Below are positions 40,135 to 49,325 of a stretch of 64,000 nt of DNA, one piece after another; within the stretch, counting starts at the first letter, position 1, and each line of letters begins with the position of its first letter. Where the stretch lies: positions 4,182 through 68,181 of the forward strand of contig JAFUNA010000032.1 in NCBI GenBank assembly GCA_017473165.1, in the 5' to 3' direction. Position numbers and translations under genes: made by a program. Under the pieces are notes generated by a model that was given only the letters and a program-made list of their open reading frames with translations, was not told where the DNA came from and ran no database searches. Source of the stretch: Clostridia bacterium (GTDB taxonomy: Bacteria; Bacillota; Clostridia; Oscillospirales; Acutalibacteraceae).

Positions 40135-40245
40135 TCGGTAACGGATATTAAAAAGGAGAAAACCGTTTTTGACATTGCCTCCCGTTGCGGCAATACATTA
40201 TTTGATTGAGCGCCATGCGGTCTTTACACAATGACTGCAAAAAAC

Positions 40246-40504
40246 GTAGGGCGGCTTGACCCAAGCCGCCGCAAAAATGCCGTAAAAGCAAATTCCTGCG
40301 GCGGGATGAGGTCATCCCGCCCTACACGCAAATCTATTATTAATTATCTGTTCAATATTCTCTATTTTCTAAAATCCGCAACAACATGGTCTGCCCGGTA
40401 CGTCGGGGATGCGGTTTCGTAAAAAACAAACGGCGGGAGCAAGCCCCCGCCCTACATTCAAATCAGGTTTGACGTTGTAGGGGACGACCTCTGTGTCGTC
40501 CCGC
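40246..40504. repeat. Cluster of GTAG-type REP hairpins
   Basis: GTAGGGCGGCTTGACCCAAGCCGCC ... GGCGGGATGAGGTCATCCCGCCCTAC, GGCGGGAGCAAGCCCCCGCCCTAC, GTAGGGGACGACCTCTGTGTCGTCCC. Confidence 0.8.
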
Positions 40505-40521
40505 AAACTTAAAAGTTTTGT

Positions 40522-40549
40522 AACACATTTATCCGACCTCACATAGTAT
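40522..40549 (+). promoter_or_regulatory. Sigma-K-like sporulation promoter
   Basis: AACA-16 bp-CATAGTAT fits the mother-cell sigma-K consensus; short motif. Confidence 0.5.
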
Positions 40550-40599
40550 GTGAATGTAAGCGGTCAACGCTTATATTTAGAAAGAGGGAGGTCAGACTC

Positions 40600-40752
40600 A
40601 TGGGTTGCGGATGCAATAACAACTGGTGCCTTTTCATCATCCTTATTCTTCTCTTCTGTAACAACGATTGCGGTTGCGGTTCAAACTATTCGGGCTGCTC
40701 AGGCTGTTCAGTAGCAAGAAACAATGACTGTGGCTGCGGCTGCGGTTGCTGA
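40600..40752 (+). CDS. 50-aa Cys/Gly/Asn-rich small protein, probable spore coat/exosporium protein
   Basis: MGCGCNNNWCLFIILILLFCNNDCGCGSNYSGCSGCSVARNNDCGCGCGC; GGAGGT RBS; not in ORF track. Confidence 0.8.
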   Translation: MGCGCNNNWCLFIILILLFCNNDCGCGSNYSGCSGCSVARNNDCGCGCGC

Positions 40753-40762
40753 TTAACTTAGC

Positions 40763-41863
40763 TTAAATCAAACCAAGGATTTCAGCCGCCTCTTTCTGCG
40801 TTAAGCCGCCGGGGGAGGCGGTGAAATTTCGGGGAATTACGCTCTGCCAGCGCAGGGCGTATTTTTCTGCCTTTTCTCCGATTTTTACTCCGCCAAGGTC
40901 GGTGAGAGAGGCTATAACCGCCTTCACCTCGTCAATATTTTCTGTCATTTTTACGAAATCCGCAAACTTTTCGGGAGCAAATTGTGCACAGCGGTCAACA
41001 TAAGGGGCGAAGAATGCGGCGCACGCCATGCCGTGGGGAATGCCGTAATTTTCCGTTAAAACATATCCCAGCGGATGGGGGAATGCCGTGCCGCAGGTGT
41101 TGATGACAAGCCCCGCATAAATCGAAGCGTAATAGAGCGGCTCACGCAGAGCAGGGTCAACGGTGTCGGTCTGCGAAAGTGCCTTCAGGCAGCGGTAAAG
41201 CTCGGGAATGCACTTTTCGGCAAAGAGCCTTAAAGCACCGCTGCATTTCGGAGTGAAGAAGCCCTCAATTGCGTGAGCGAAGGCGTCAAGAGCGGTTGAA
41301 ACCGTTGTTTTATAGGGCATTGACAGAGTGTATTTCGGGTCGCAGAATGAAATTTTTGCGTAGCAGTCGGGACCCGAAATGCTCTTTTTTATGCCTGTTT
41401 CGTCATTTGTGAGCACCGCAACGGCGGTAACCTCGCTGCCCGTGCCTGCGGTTGTGCCGATGAGTGCAACGGGCAGAGCGGGATTGCTGTATTCTCTTTT
41501 GTAAATATCAATGGGTGAAAGGTCGGAATTTGAGGCGTAAATCGCAACCGCTTTTGCGGCATCAAGCACAGAGCCTCCGCCTATGCCGAGAATGAAATCC
41601 GCACCGATTTCTCTTGCCTTTTTGCCTGCGGCGTGGCATGAGCTGATGAGCGGATTTTCGCCTATTCCGTCAAACCAACCCCAAGCAATTCTCTCTTTTT
41701 CAAGAGCTTCAACCGCATCGTCAAGAGCACCGCTCTTTTTTGCGGAGTTTTTGCCCGTGAGAATAAGGCAGCTGTTGCCCAATGCACGGAATTCGGCGGA
41801 ATTATCCGTAACGGCGTTATTTCCCCAAACGCATTTTGCGGGCATATATATTGAATCGGACAT
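40763..41863 (-). CDS. Iron-containing alcohol dehydrogenase family protein
   Basis: GGGSVLDAAK, TTAGTGSE, DAFAHAIE, IPHG. Confidence 0.92.
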   Translation of the reverse strand: MSDSIYMPAKCVWGNNAVTDNSAEFRALGNSCLILTGKNSAKKSGALDDAVEALEKERIAWGWFDGIGENPLISSCHAAGKKAREIGADFILGIGGGSVLDAAKAVAIYASNSDLSPIDIYKREYSNPALPVALIGTTAGTGSEVTAVAVLTNDETGIKKSISGPDCYAKISFCDPKYTLSMPYKTTVSTALDAFAHAIEGFFTPKCSGALRLFAEKCIPELYRCLKALSQTDTVDPALREPLYYASIYAGLVINTCGTAFPHPLGYVLTENYGIPHGMACAAFFAPYVDRCAQFAPEKFADFVKMTENIDEVKAVIASLTDLGGVKIGEKAEKYALRWQSVIPRNFTASPGGLTQKEAAEILGLI

Positions 41864-42016
41864 AATATTTCTCCTTTTTGTGTGTCATTGATTGACATTT
41901 TACCATAAATTAACTGAAAAAGAAATAAAAAATTTAAATATAAGTTGCAAAAAATATTGAAATGTTATCGGATTCGTTGTATTATATATTATTATAGGAA
42001 AGTGCGGGGTGACGGA

Positions 42017-43018
42017 ATGAAAAAAGCGGCGGCTGTGATTGTTGCCATCGTTTTGGCGGCTCTTGCGGCATTCGTTGTTTACGATGCAACGCTCAACAAA
42101 ACCGTCAGCGAAAGCTTTTTTGCAATGAACACCATTGTTTCGGCAGAGGTTACGGGCGTTTCCGCAAAAGAAGATTGCACAGAGATTGAAAAAATCGTTT
42201 CCCGACTCGACACCGAAACGCTTTCACGCACGGCTGAAGGCTCCGAGATATTCCGTCTGAACAAAAACGGAGGCGGAGAAATCGGCGAAAAAACCGCTGA
42301 ATATTTTTCGCTTCTGATTGATGTCTGCGAAAAAAGCGGCGGTGCATTCGATTTCACGCTCGGCGGAGTCAGCGACCTCTGGAAATTCGGCTCAAATCCC
42401 GAAATTCCCGATGAAAACGCACTTGCCAACGCTCTTTTGCACAGCGGATACAAAAAAGTTTTTCTTGACGGAAATACCGTTTCCGTTTCCGATTTGCTCG
42501 TCATTGATTTCGGAGCGGCGGGCAAGGGAATTGCTCTTGACGAAATAAAAAATCACCTTGAAGCTTCAAAAGCAAAAAGAGCGGTTGTTGCCGTCGGCGG
42601 CAGCGTGCTGCTTTACGGCGAAGGGGAATTCACCGTCGGAATCCGCAATCCCGAAGGCAATTCGGGCAGCTATCTTGCAAAGCTGAAAACCGATGCCTGC
42701 TGTGTTTCAACCTCGGGCAGCTACGAGCAGAGCTTTGAGAAAAACGGCAGGATTTATCATCATATTCTTGACCCGAAAACGGGTTATCCCGCAGACAACG
42801 AGGTTTTGAGCGTAACTGTTGTTTCCGACAGCGGACTTTTGAGCGATGCTCTTTCGACTGCGTGCTTTGTTCTCGGCGTTGAAAAGGGCTTTGAGCTTGC
42901 GGAAGAATACGGTGCACGGGCGGTTTTTGTTACGAAGGATAAGAAAATCATTGCCCGAAACAATATTGAAGATATCATCGAAATAACAAATGAAGATTAT
43001 ACTTTGGTGATTCAATGA
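42017..43018 (+). CDS. apbE: FAD:protein FMN transferase
   Basis: AMNT, DFGAAGKG, STSGSYE, YHHILDPKTGYP, DALSTA. Confidence 0.92.
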   Translation: MKKAAAVIVAIVLAALAAFVVYDATLNKTVSESFFAMNTIVSAEVTGVSAKEDCTEIEKIVSRLDTETLSRTAEGSEIFRLNKNGGGEIGEKTAEYFSLLIDVCEKSGGAFDFTLGGVSDLWKFGSNPEIPDENALANALLHSGYKKVFLDGNTVSVSDLLVIDFGAAGKGIALDEIKNHLEASKAKRAVVAVGGSVLLYGEGEFTVGIRNPEGNSGSYLAKLKTDACCVSTSGSYEQSFEKNGRIYHHILDPKTGYPADNEVLSVTVVSDSGLLSDALSTACFVLGVEKGFELAEEYGARAVFVTKDKKIIARNNIEDIIEITNEDYTLVIQ

Positions 43019-43386
43019 ACACAAAGCTTATAAAGAAAGGCGACCTTGCGGTTATTGCGGTGATTGTTGCCGCAGCATTGATTTTCGCTTTTTTTAATTA
43101 CAGAAATGCGGAAAATCCCGTTGCGGTCATAACCGTTGACGGAGTTACCGTTGAAACCGTTGACCTTGCATCGGTCAAAGAGAAAATAACAATCAAGCCC
43201 CAAACGGCTTTCAACGTTGAAATCGCTGCGGAAAACGGAGAAATCTGGTTTGAGCATTCCGACTGTGAGGACAGGCTCTGCGTTGCAACGGGTAAGCTTA
43301 AAAACGGCGGAGATACGGCGGTCTGTCTGCCCGCAAAAACGGTTATAACAATCATGGGCTCGGACGTTGATGCCGTTGTTTACTGA
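43015..43386 (+). CDS. NusG domain II-like membrane protein
   Basis: SDCEDRLCV..G and VCLP motifs; usual apbE/rnf context. Confidence 0.85.
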   Translation: MNTKLIKKGDLAVIAVIVAAALIFAFFNYRNAENPVAVITVDGVTVETVDLASVKEKITIKPQTAFNVEIAAENGEIWFEHSDCEDRLCVATGKLKNGGDTAVCLPAKTVITIMGSDVDAVVY

Positions 43387-43387
43387 T

Positions 43388-43921
43388 ATGAAAAAGAAAA
43401 ATAATATTGCATACAAAACCGCACTTCTCGGAATTCTCTGCGGACTTGCGCTGGCTCTCGGCTTTCTTGAAAGCCTTCTGCCGCCGATTCCGTGGCTGCC
43501 TCCGGGAGCAAAGCCCGGTTTTTCAAATATAATAACAATGTTTACGGCGGGAAGCCTCGGTTTTCCCGCAGCCGCCGCAATCGCCCTTGCAAAAAGCGGA
43601 CTTGCTTTTGTAACAAGGGGAGCAACGGCGGGAATAATGAGCCTTTCGGGCGGAATTTTGTCCGCTGCGGCGATGTATCTGCTGATGCGTTATGCCCGCA
43701 AAGCCCTCGGGCTTATCGGAATTTCGGTAATATGCGCCCTGTGCCATAATCTGGGTCAGCTTTTTGCGGCTGTATTTATTACGGGCACGGCGAATATCAT
43801 ATATTACGCACCCGCACTTGCGGTTTTCGGAATTTTCACGGGAGCCGTAACGGGAATTGTTCTCAAAGCGGTTATTCCGCCGCTGGAGAAGCTCAAGCTT
43901 CTTCTGATAAAAAATAAATAA
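43388..43921 (+). CDS. Gx transporter / heptaprenyl diphosphate synthase component I-like protein
   Basis: ES..P...PGAKPGFSN and HNLGQL motifs. Confidence 0.85.
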   Translation: MKKKNNIAYKTALLGILCGLALALGFLESLLPPIPWLPPGAKPGFSNIITMFTAGSLGFPAAAAIALAKSGLAFVTRGATAGIMSLSGGILSAAAMYLLMRYARKALGLIGISVICALCHNLGQLFAAVFITGTANIIYYAPALAVFGIFTGAVTGIVLKAVIPPLEKLKLLLIKNK

Positions 43922-43937
43922 GGATGTGCTCTGCATT

Positions 43938-44174
43938 AAAGTGCAAAGTGATAAGTGCAAAGTGAAGGACGGGTTTCACCCGTACCCGAATTATATTTCG
44001 CTTGCAGGGGTTGGCAACTCGACAACCCGGGCAAATCATAGGTTTGCAATAAGATTTGATATGTATTCGGCGGTGCATTCGGGACGTTGAGGTCACCGTC
44101 CCCTACGTTCAGATTTATATAATCGGAGCGAAGCGACCCTCAACTTTGCCTTTTGCTCTTTGCATTTTGCACTC
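43938..44174. repeat. MITE-like element with inverted heptamer ends enclosing a GTAG-REP pair
   Basis: (AAAGTGC)n left, (TTTGCNY)n right, GACGGG module, REP pair at about 44004-44106. Confidence 0.7.
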
Positions 44175-44249
44175 AAACAAGCACAACACGCCCTAAATTA
44201 TTTATTCAGACAAATTCATCACGAAGATTAAAGATAGGAGGAATTGCAT

Positions 44250-45599
44250 ATGGCTAAAACCCGACTTGACGGCGTTTTGCAAGCTGTCAAAAAGGTCAGA
44301 GGCGGTGTTAAGGTTGACCACCACAAAAACACAGCCGAATGCGAGGTTGTGAGAATGCCCGTGCCTGCAAAGGTTGTCATTCCCATGCAGCAGCATATCG
44401 GTGCTCCCTGCGAGCCTGTTGTTAAGGTCGGTGACGAGGTGGCTGTAGGTCAGCTTATAGGTGATACAGACAAGTTCGTCAGCGCACCCATTCACGCTTC
44501 TGTTTCGGGAAAGGTTATCGCAGTCGGCGATGTCAAGCTGCCCAACGGCACAATGTCAAAGGCTGTTACAATCGAATCCGACGGAGAAATGCGTCTTTGG
44601 GAGGGCATTGAGCCCCCGAAGGTTGAAACAAGAGAAGATTTGATTAAAGCGGTAAGAGCGTCGGGTCTTGTAGGTCTCGGCGGTGCGGGCTTCCCCACAC
44701 ACGTTAAGCTCAACTTCCCCGCAGACAAAAATATTGACACCCTTGTCATCAACGCTGCGGAATGCGAGCCCTACATAACCGTTGACTACCGTGAGTGCAT
44801 TGAAAATTCATGGGATATCCTTGCAGGCGTTTATCTGCTCAAGGATATGCTGGGCTTCAAGCAGGTTATCATTGCCGTCGAGGACAACAAGCCCGAAGCA
44901 TTCAAGGTGCTTAAAAATATTGCAGACCACGAGCATGACGTTCATGACGAGGTCAAGCTCATGGTTCTTGAATCAAAATATCCCCAGGGTGCGGAAAAGA
45001 TGATGGTTCAGTCCGCAACAGGCAGAAAAGTTCCCCCCGGAAAGCTGCCTGCAGATGTCGGCTGCGTAGTTATGAACGTTGCCTCCGTTGCCTTCATCGC
45101 CCGCTACATCAAAACGGGCAAGCCCCTTGTCAGCCGTTCGCTGACCGTTGACGGCTCGGCAATCAAGGAGCCCAAAAACGTAAGAGTTCCCGTCGGAACA
45201 AACATCGGTGATATCATTGAATTCTGCGGCGGCTTCAGCAAAGAGCCCTGCAAGATTCTAACAGGCGGTCCCATGATGGGTCTTGCCATAGTCGGAACGG
45301 ATTTGCCCGTTCTCAAGCAGAACAACGCACTTCTTGCTTTCTCAAAGGATGATGCCGTTCTCAAGCCCGAAAACGACTGCATCCGCTGCGGCAGATGTGC
45401 AATTGCCTGCCCCATGAGCCTTATGCCCACAAACATTGTCAAGGCGGCAAAGGCAAAGGACCCCGAAGCTCTCAAGCAGCTCGGTATCATGGTCTGCATG
45501 GAGTGCGGAAGCTGTGCCTTTGCGTGCCCCGCAGGCAAGCCCCTTGTTCAGCATATGCGTCTTGCAAAAGCAATTTTAAGAGAGGAGGGCAATAAGTAA
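44250..45599 (+). CDS. rnfC: Rnf complex subunit C
   Basis: QHIGAP, GLGGAGFPTHVK, AECEPY, KYPQG, two CxxCxxCxxxCP clusters. Confidence 0.97.
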   Translation: MAKTRLDGVLQAVKKVRGGVKVDHHKNTAECEVVRMPVPAKVVIPMQQHIGAPCEPVVKVGDEVAVGQLIGDTDKFVSAPIHASVSGKVIAVGDVKLPNGTMSKAVTIESDGEMRLWEGIEPPKVETREDLIKAVRASGLVGLGGAGFPTHVKLNFPADKNIDTLVINAAECEPYITVDYRECIENSWDILAGVYLLKDMLGFKQVIIAVEDNKPEAFKVLKNIADHEHDVHDEVKLMVLESKYPQGAEKMMVQSATGRKVPPGKLPADVGCVVMNVASVAFIARYIKTGKPLVSRSLTVDGSAIKEPKNVRVPVGTNIGDIIEFCGGFSKEPCKILTGGPMMGLAIVGTDLPVLKQNNALLAFSKDDAVLKPENDCIRCGRCAIACPMSLMPTNIVKAAKAKDPEALKQLGIMVCMECGSCAFACPAGKPLVQHMRLAKAILREEGNK

Positions 45600-46585
45600 T
45601 GGTTGACGGAAAAAAGCTTGTTGTAAGTGCATCGCCCCATCTTCGTGCGAAGGACACAACAACAAGAATAATGCTTGATGTTATCATCGCTCTGCTGCCC
45701 GCTCTGGGTGCTGCAATAGCAATTTTCGGTCCCCGAGTTCTTGCTGTTACCGCAACAACGGTTATAACCGCCGTTCTTTCGGAATACGTTGCAAGAAAGG
45801 TTATGAAAAGACACAACACAATCGGCGATCTGAGTGCCGTTGTAACAGGTCTTATTCTCGCATTCAACCTGCCCGTCAGCATTCCTCTGTGGATGGCTGC
45901 AATCGGCAGCTGTGTTGCAATCATTATTGTAAAGCAGATGTTCGGCGGAATCGGTCAGAACTTTGCAAACCCCGCAATCGTTGCAAGAATTTTCCTTCTT
46001 ATCTCATTCGGAACGGCAATGACAGGCTGGACTGCTCCTCTTTCGTGGAAAACCGATGCGGTTTCAACCGCAACTCCTCTTGCAATCGTCGGCGGCGAAT
46101 CGGCAGAGGCTCTGCCCTCGCTTCTTGATATGTTCCTCGGCATAAGAGGCGGCTGCATAGGCGAAACCTGCTCGCTCGCACTTATCATCGGCGGAATTTA
46201 CCTTATCGCAAGAAAGGTTATTTCACCCAAAATTCCTCTTGCATATATCGGCACGGTTGCCGTTGTTATGCTTATCGCAGGCAAATTCGACCTTGAATTT
46301 GTTGCTTATCAGCTCATGGGCGGCGGACTTCTTCTCGGTGCATTCTTCATGGCAACCGATTATTCCACAAGCCCCATCAAGTCAAACGCAAAAATCGTTT
46401 TCGGTATCGGCTGCGGTCTTCTGACCTGCGTTATCAGACTTTTCGCATCCCTTCCCGAGGGCGTATCCTTCGCTATCCTTATAATGAACCTTCTCGTTCC
46501 CCATATCGAAACAATCATGGCTCCCAAGCCCTTCGGTACGGTTAAGGAGAAAAAGTCAAAGGCAAAGGAGGCTGAAGCAAAATGA
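45599..46585 (+). CDS. rnfD: Rnf complex subunit D
   Basis: SPH, FGGIGQNFANPA, FMN site STATPL, FMATD. Confidence 0.97.
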   Translation: MVDGKKLVVSASPHLRAKDTTTRIMLDVIIALLPALGAAIAIFGPRVLAVTATTVITAVLSEYVARKVMKRHNTIGDLSAVVTGLILAFNLPVSIPLWMAAIGSCVAIIIVKQMFGGIGQNFANPAIVARIFLLISFGTAMTGWTAPLSWKTDAVSTATPLAIVGGESAEALPSLLDMFLGIRGGCIGETCSLALIIGGIYLIARKVISPKIPLAYIGTVAVVMLIAGKFDLEFVAYQLMGGGLLLGAFFMATDYSTSPIKSNAKIVFGIGCGLLTCVIRLFASLPEGVSFAILIMNLLVPHIETIMAPKPFGTVKEKKSKAKEAEAK

Positions 46586-47133
46586 AAAGCTTAAAGGAAT
46601 ATCTCGTTCCGACGGTTACGCTTTTTGTTATCTGCCTTGTTGCAACGCTCCTTCTCGGAATGACTAACTCCGTAACGGCTCCGATTATTGCGAAGCTTGC
46701 GGAGGAAACCGAAATCAAATCAAGACAGATTGTTTTTGCTGATGCTGCAAGCTTCGGCGAAGAAACCGAGGCTGACGGCACAAGCATCGTTGCCGCACTC
46801 GATGAAAACGGCAATGTTATCGGTCATGTTGTTGTCAACACCGCAAAGGGCTACGGCGGCGACATTTCCGTTATGACGGGCGTTGACGCTGACGGTAAGG
46901 TTACGGGCGTTAACATTCTTTCGCACGCAGAAACCGCAGGTCTGGGTGCAAAGGCGGCGGAGCAGAGCTTCCGTGACAGATTTATCGGTCTTATCGAGGG
47001 AATCACGGTTTCCAAGGATAAGGCGGGAGAAAATTCAATTGATGCAATCACAGGTGCAACAATAACATCAAGAGCGGTGACCGAAGCTGTCAATGCCGCA
47101 ATCGAAGCAGCGGGAGGTGCAAACAATGGCTGA
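46582..47133 (+). CDS. rnfG: Rnf complex subunit G
   Basis: GYGG, HAETAGLG, FMN site ITGATITS. Confidence 0.96.
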   Translation: MKSLKEYLVPTVTLFVICLVATLLLGMTNSVTAPIIAKLAEETEIKSRQIVFADAASFGEETEADGTSIVAALDENGNVIGHVVVNTAKGYGGDISVMTGVDADGKVTGVNILSHAETAGLGAKAAEQSFRDRFIGLIEGITVSKDKAGENSIDAITGATITSRAVTEAVNAAIEAAGGANNG

Positions 47134-47905
47134 AAAGAAATCACTCGGTAAAGAATTTACCAAAGGTCTTATTGCCGAAAACCCTGTTTTCAGACTTGTT
47201 CTGGGCACCTGCCCCACCCTTGCAACAACAACGAGCGTTGTCAACGCTTTGGGCATGGGTATTTCCGCAATGATAGTTCTTGTTTGCTCAAACATCGTTA
47301 TTTCTCTTTTGAGAAAGGTTATTCCCTCAAAGGTGCGTATCCCCGCTTACATCGTAGTTATCGCATCCTTTGTTACAATCGTTCAGATGATAGTCAAGGC
47401 ATTCGTTCCTGCCCTTGATGCGGCGCTGGGCGTATTCCTTCCGCTTATCGTTGTTAACTGCATCATTCTCGGCAGAGCCGAGGCTTTTGCAGGCAAGAAT
47501 TCCGTTATCGCATCGGCTGTTGACGGTCTTGGCATGGGCGTCGGCTTCACAATCGCACTCTGCCTTATGGCTTCCGTCAGAGAAGTTCTCGGTGCGGGCA
47601 CATTCCTTGCAGGAGCACAGAATCTTCTTGTCCTCTTCGGCGACAACGTGCTTAACGGCTTCAACGGCTTCACGCTTCCCTGGACGGAATATCTTACTCC
47701 CATGACAGTATTCATTCTTGCTCCCGGCGGCTTCCTTACCTTCGGTCTGCTTATGGCTTGTGCCAACAAGCTTGCCGAAAAGAAGGGCAAGCCCAAGGCG
47801 GGTCTGGGCGGCTGTCAGGCTTGTCCCATGGCTAAAAACTGTGCACTTCTTGCAGAGGGCAAGGAATGCAAAACCGAAGAAAAGAAGGAGGAGGCTGCGG
47901 TATGA
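47126..47905 (+). CDS. rnfE: Rnf complex subunit E
   Basis: ENPVFRLVLGTCPTLA, LIVVNCIILGRAE, LAPGGF. Confidence 0.96.
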   Translation: MAEKKSLGKEFTKGLIAENPVFRLVLGTCPTLATTTSVVNALGMGISAMIVLVCSNIVISLLRKVIPSKVRIPAYIVVIASFVTIVQMIVKAFVPALDAALGVFLPLIVVNCIILGRAEAFAGKNSVIASAVDGLGMGVGFTIALCLMASVREVLGAGTFLAGAQNLLVLFGDNVLNGFNGFTLPWTEYLTPMTVFILAPGGFLTFGLLMACANKLAEKKGKPKAGLGGCQACPMAKNCALLAEGKECKTEEKKEEAAV

Positions 47906-48492
47906 AAATAGCAATGTCAATTCTCCTCACGGCAATTCTGACCGAGAACTTTGTTCTCTGCAAATTCCTCGGAATCTGCCCCTTCCTCGGCGTTTCAAAG
48001 AAACTCAACACCTCTGTCGGTATGTCCGCAGCGGTTATCTTCGTTATGGCTCTTGCAACAGCCGTAACCTATCCCATCAACAAGTATCTGCTTGTTGCAA
48101 ACGGACTGGACTATCTCCAGACCATCGTTTTCATTCTTGTAATTGCGGCACTCGTTCAGCTTGTTGAGCTCATTCTCAAAAAGTTTATGCCGCCTCTCTA
48201 CAACGCACTGGGCATCTATCTGCCCCTCATCACAACAAACTGTGCCGTTCTCGGCGTTGTTCTTCTCAACATCACAAAGGAATATAACTTTGCACAGTCA
48301 ATGCTCAACAGCGTCGGTGCGGGTCTGGGCTTTATGCTTGCAATGGTTATTTTCTCGGGCGTACGCAGCAGACTTGAAGGTGCGGATATCCCCAAATTCC
48401 TTCAGGGACTCCCCATTGTTCTGATTGCGGCATCCATTGTATCGCTTTCGTTCATGGGCTTTACGGGTCTTGTTGACGGAATATTCGGTTAA
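47902..48492 (+). CDS. rnfA: Rnf complex subunit A
   Basis: FLGICPFLGVSK, LPLITTNCAVLG. Confidence 0.96.
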   Translation: MKIAMSILLTAILTENFVLCKFLGICPFLGVSKKLNTSVGMSAAVIFVMALATAVTYPINKYLLVANGLDYLQTIVFILVIAALVQLVELILKKFMPPLYNALGIYLPLITTNCAVLGVVLLNITKEYNFAQSMLNSVGAGLGFMLAMVIFSGVRSRLEGADIPKFLQGLPIVLIAASIVSLSFMGFTGLVDGIFG

Positions 48493-48506
48493 GGAGGTAG
48501 CGGAAA

Positions 48507-49325
48507 ATGGATTGGACTTCAATTTTAACTGCCGTAGGCATAGTTTCCGTTATCGGTCTTATTGCCGCACTCGGACTTTCGATTGCATCAAAGGTTTTTG
48601 CTGTGCCCGTTGACGAAAAGGCTGAAAAAATCAGAGAATGCCTTCCCGGTGCAAACTGCGGAGCCTGCGGCTTTTCGGGCTGCGACGGCTACGCTGCCGC
48701 ACTTTCAAAGGGCGAAACAACTGACACCGCACTCTGCGCACCCGGCGGAAACGAAACCGCAAAGGCAATCGGCGAAATAACGGGTCTTGCGGCAGGCGAG
48801 GTTAAACCCATGGCGGCGGTTGTGCTCTGCCAGGGTCATAACGTAAACGCCGCAACAAAGCTTGAATATCAGGGTGTTTACAGCTGCAAAATGGCAAGCC
48901 AGATTTTCGGCGGACCCAAGGAATGTATCTATGGCTGCATCGGCTACGGCGACTGCGTGGCGGTCTGCGAATACGATGCAATCAGCATTTGCGACGGCAT
49001 TGCAAGAATTAATCCCTATATGTGCAGAGCCTGCAAGATGTGCGTCAAGACCTGCCCCAAGGGACTTATCGAAATGATGCCTCTTGAGGAATCAAAGGCT
49101 GCCGTGCTTTGCAAAAACCACGATAAGGGTGCTCTCACCCGCAAGGAGTGCACCGCAGGCTGCATAGGCTGCATGAAGTGTGTCAAGGCTTGCGAGGCGG
49201 AGGCAATCACGATTGACCGCTTCTGTGCAAAGGTTGATTATGAAAAGTGCACAGGCTGCGGAAACTGCCACAGCGTCTGCCCCGTTGGAGCAATCGATGT
49301 TGTGACTCTTGCAGCAAAGGCATAA
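48507..49325 (+). CDS. rnfB: Rnf complex subunit B
   Basis: LPGANCGACGFSGC and several ferredoxin motifs. Confidence 0.96.
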   Translation: MDWTSILTAVGIVSVIGLIAALGLSIASKVFAVPVDEKAEKIRECLPGANCGACGFSGCDGYAAALSKGETTDTALCAPGGNETAKAIGEITGLAAGEVKPMAAVVLCQGHNVNAATKLEYQGVYSCKMASQIFGGPKECIYGCIGYGDCVAVCEYDAISICDGIARINPYMCRACKMCVKTCPKGLIEMMPLEESKAAVLCKNHDKGALTRKECTAGCIGCMKCVKACEAEAITIDRFCAKVDYEKCTGCGNCHSVCPVGAIDVVTLAAKA

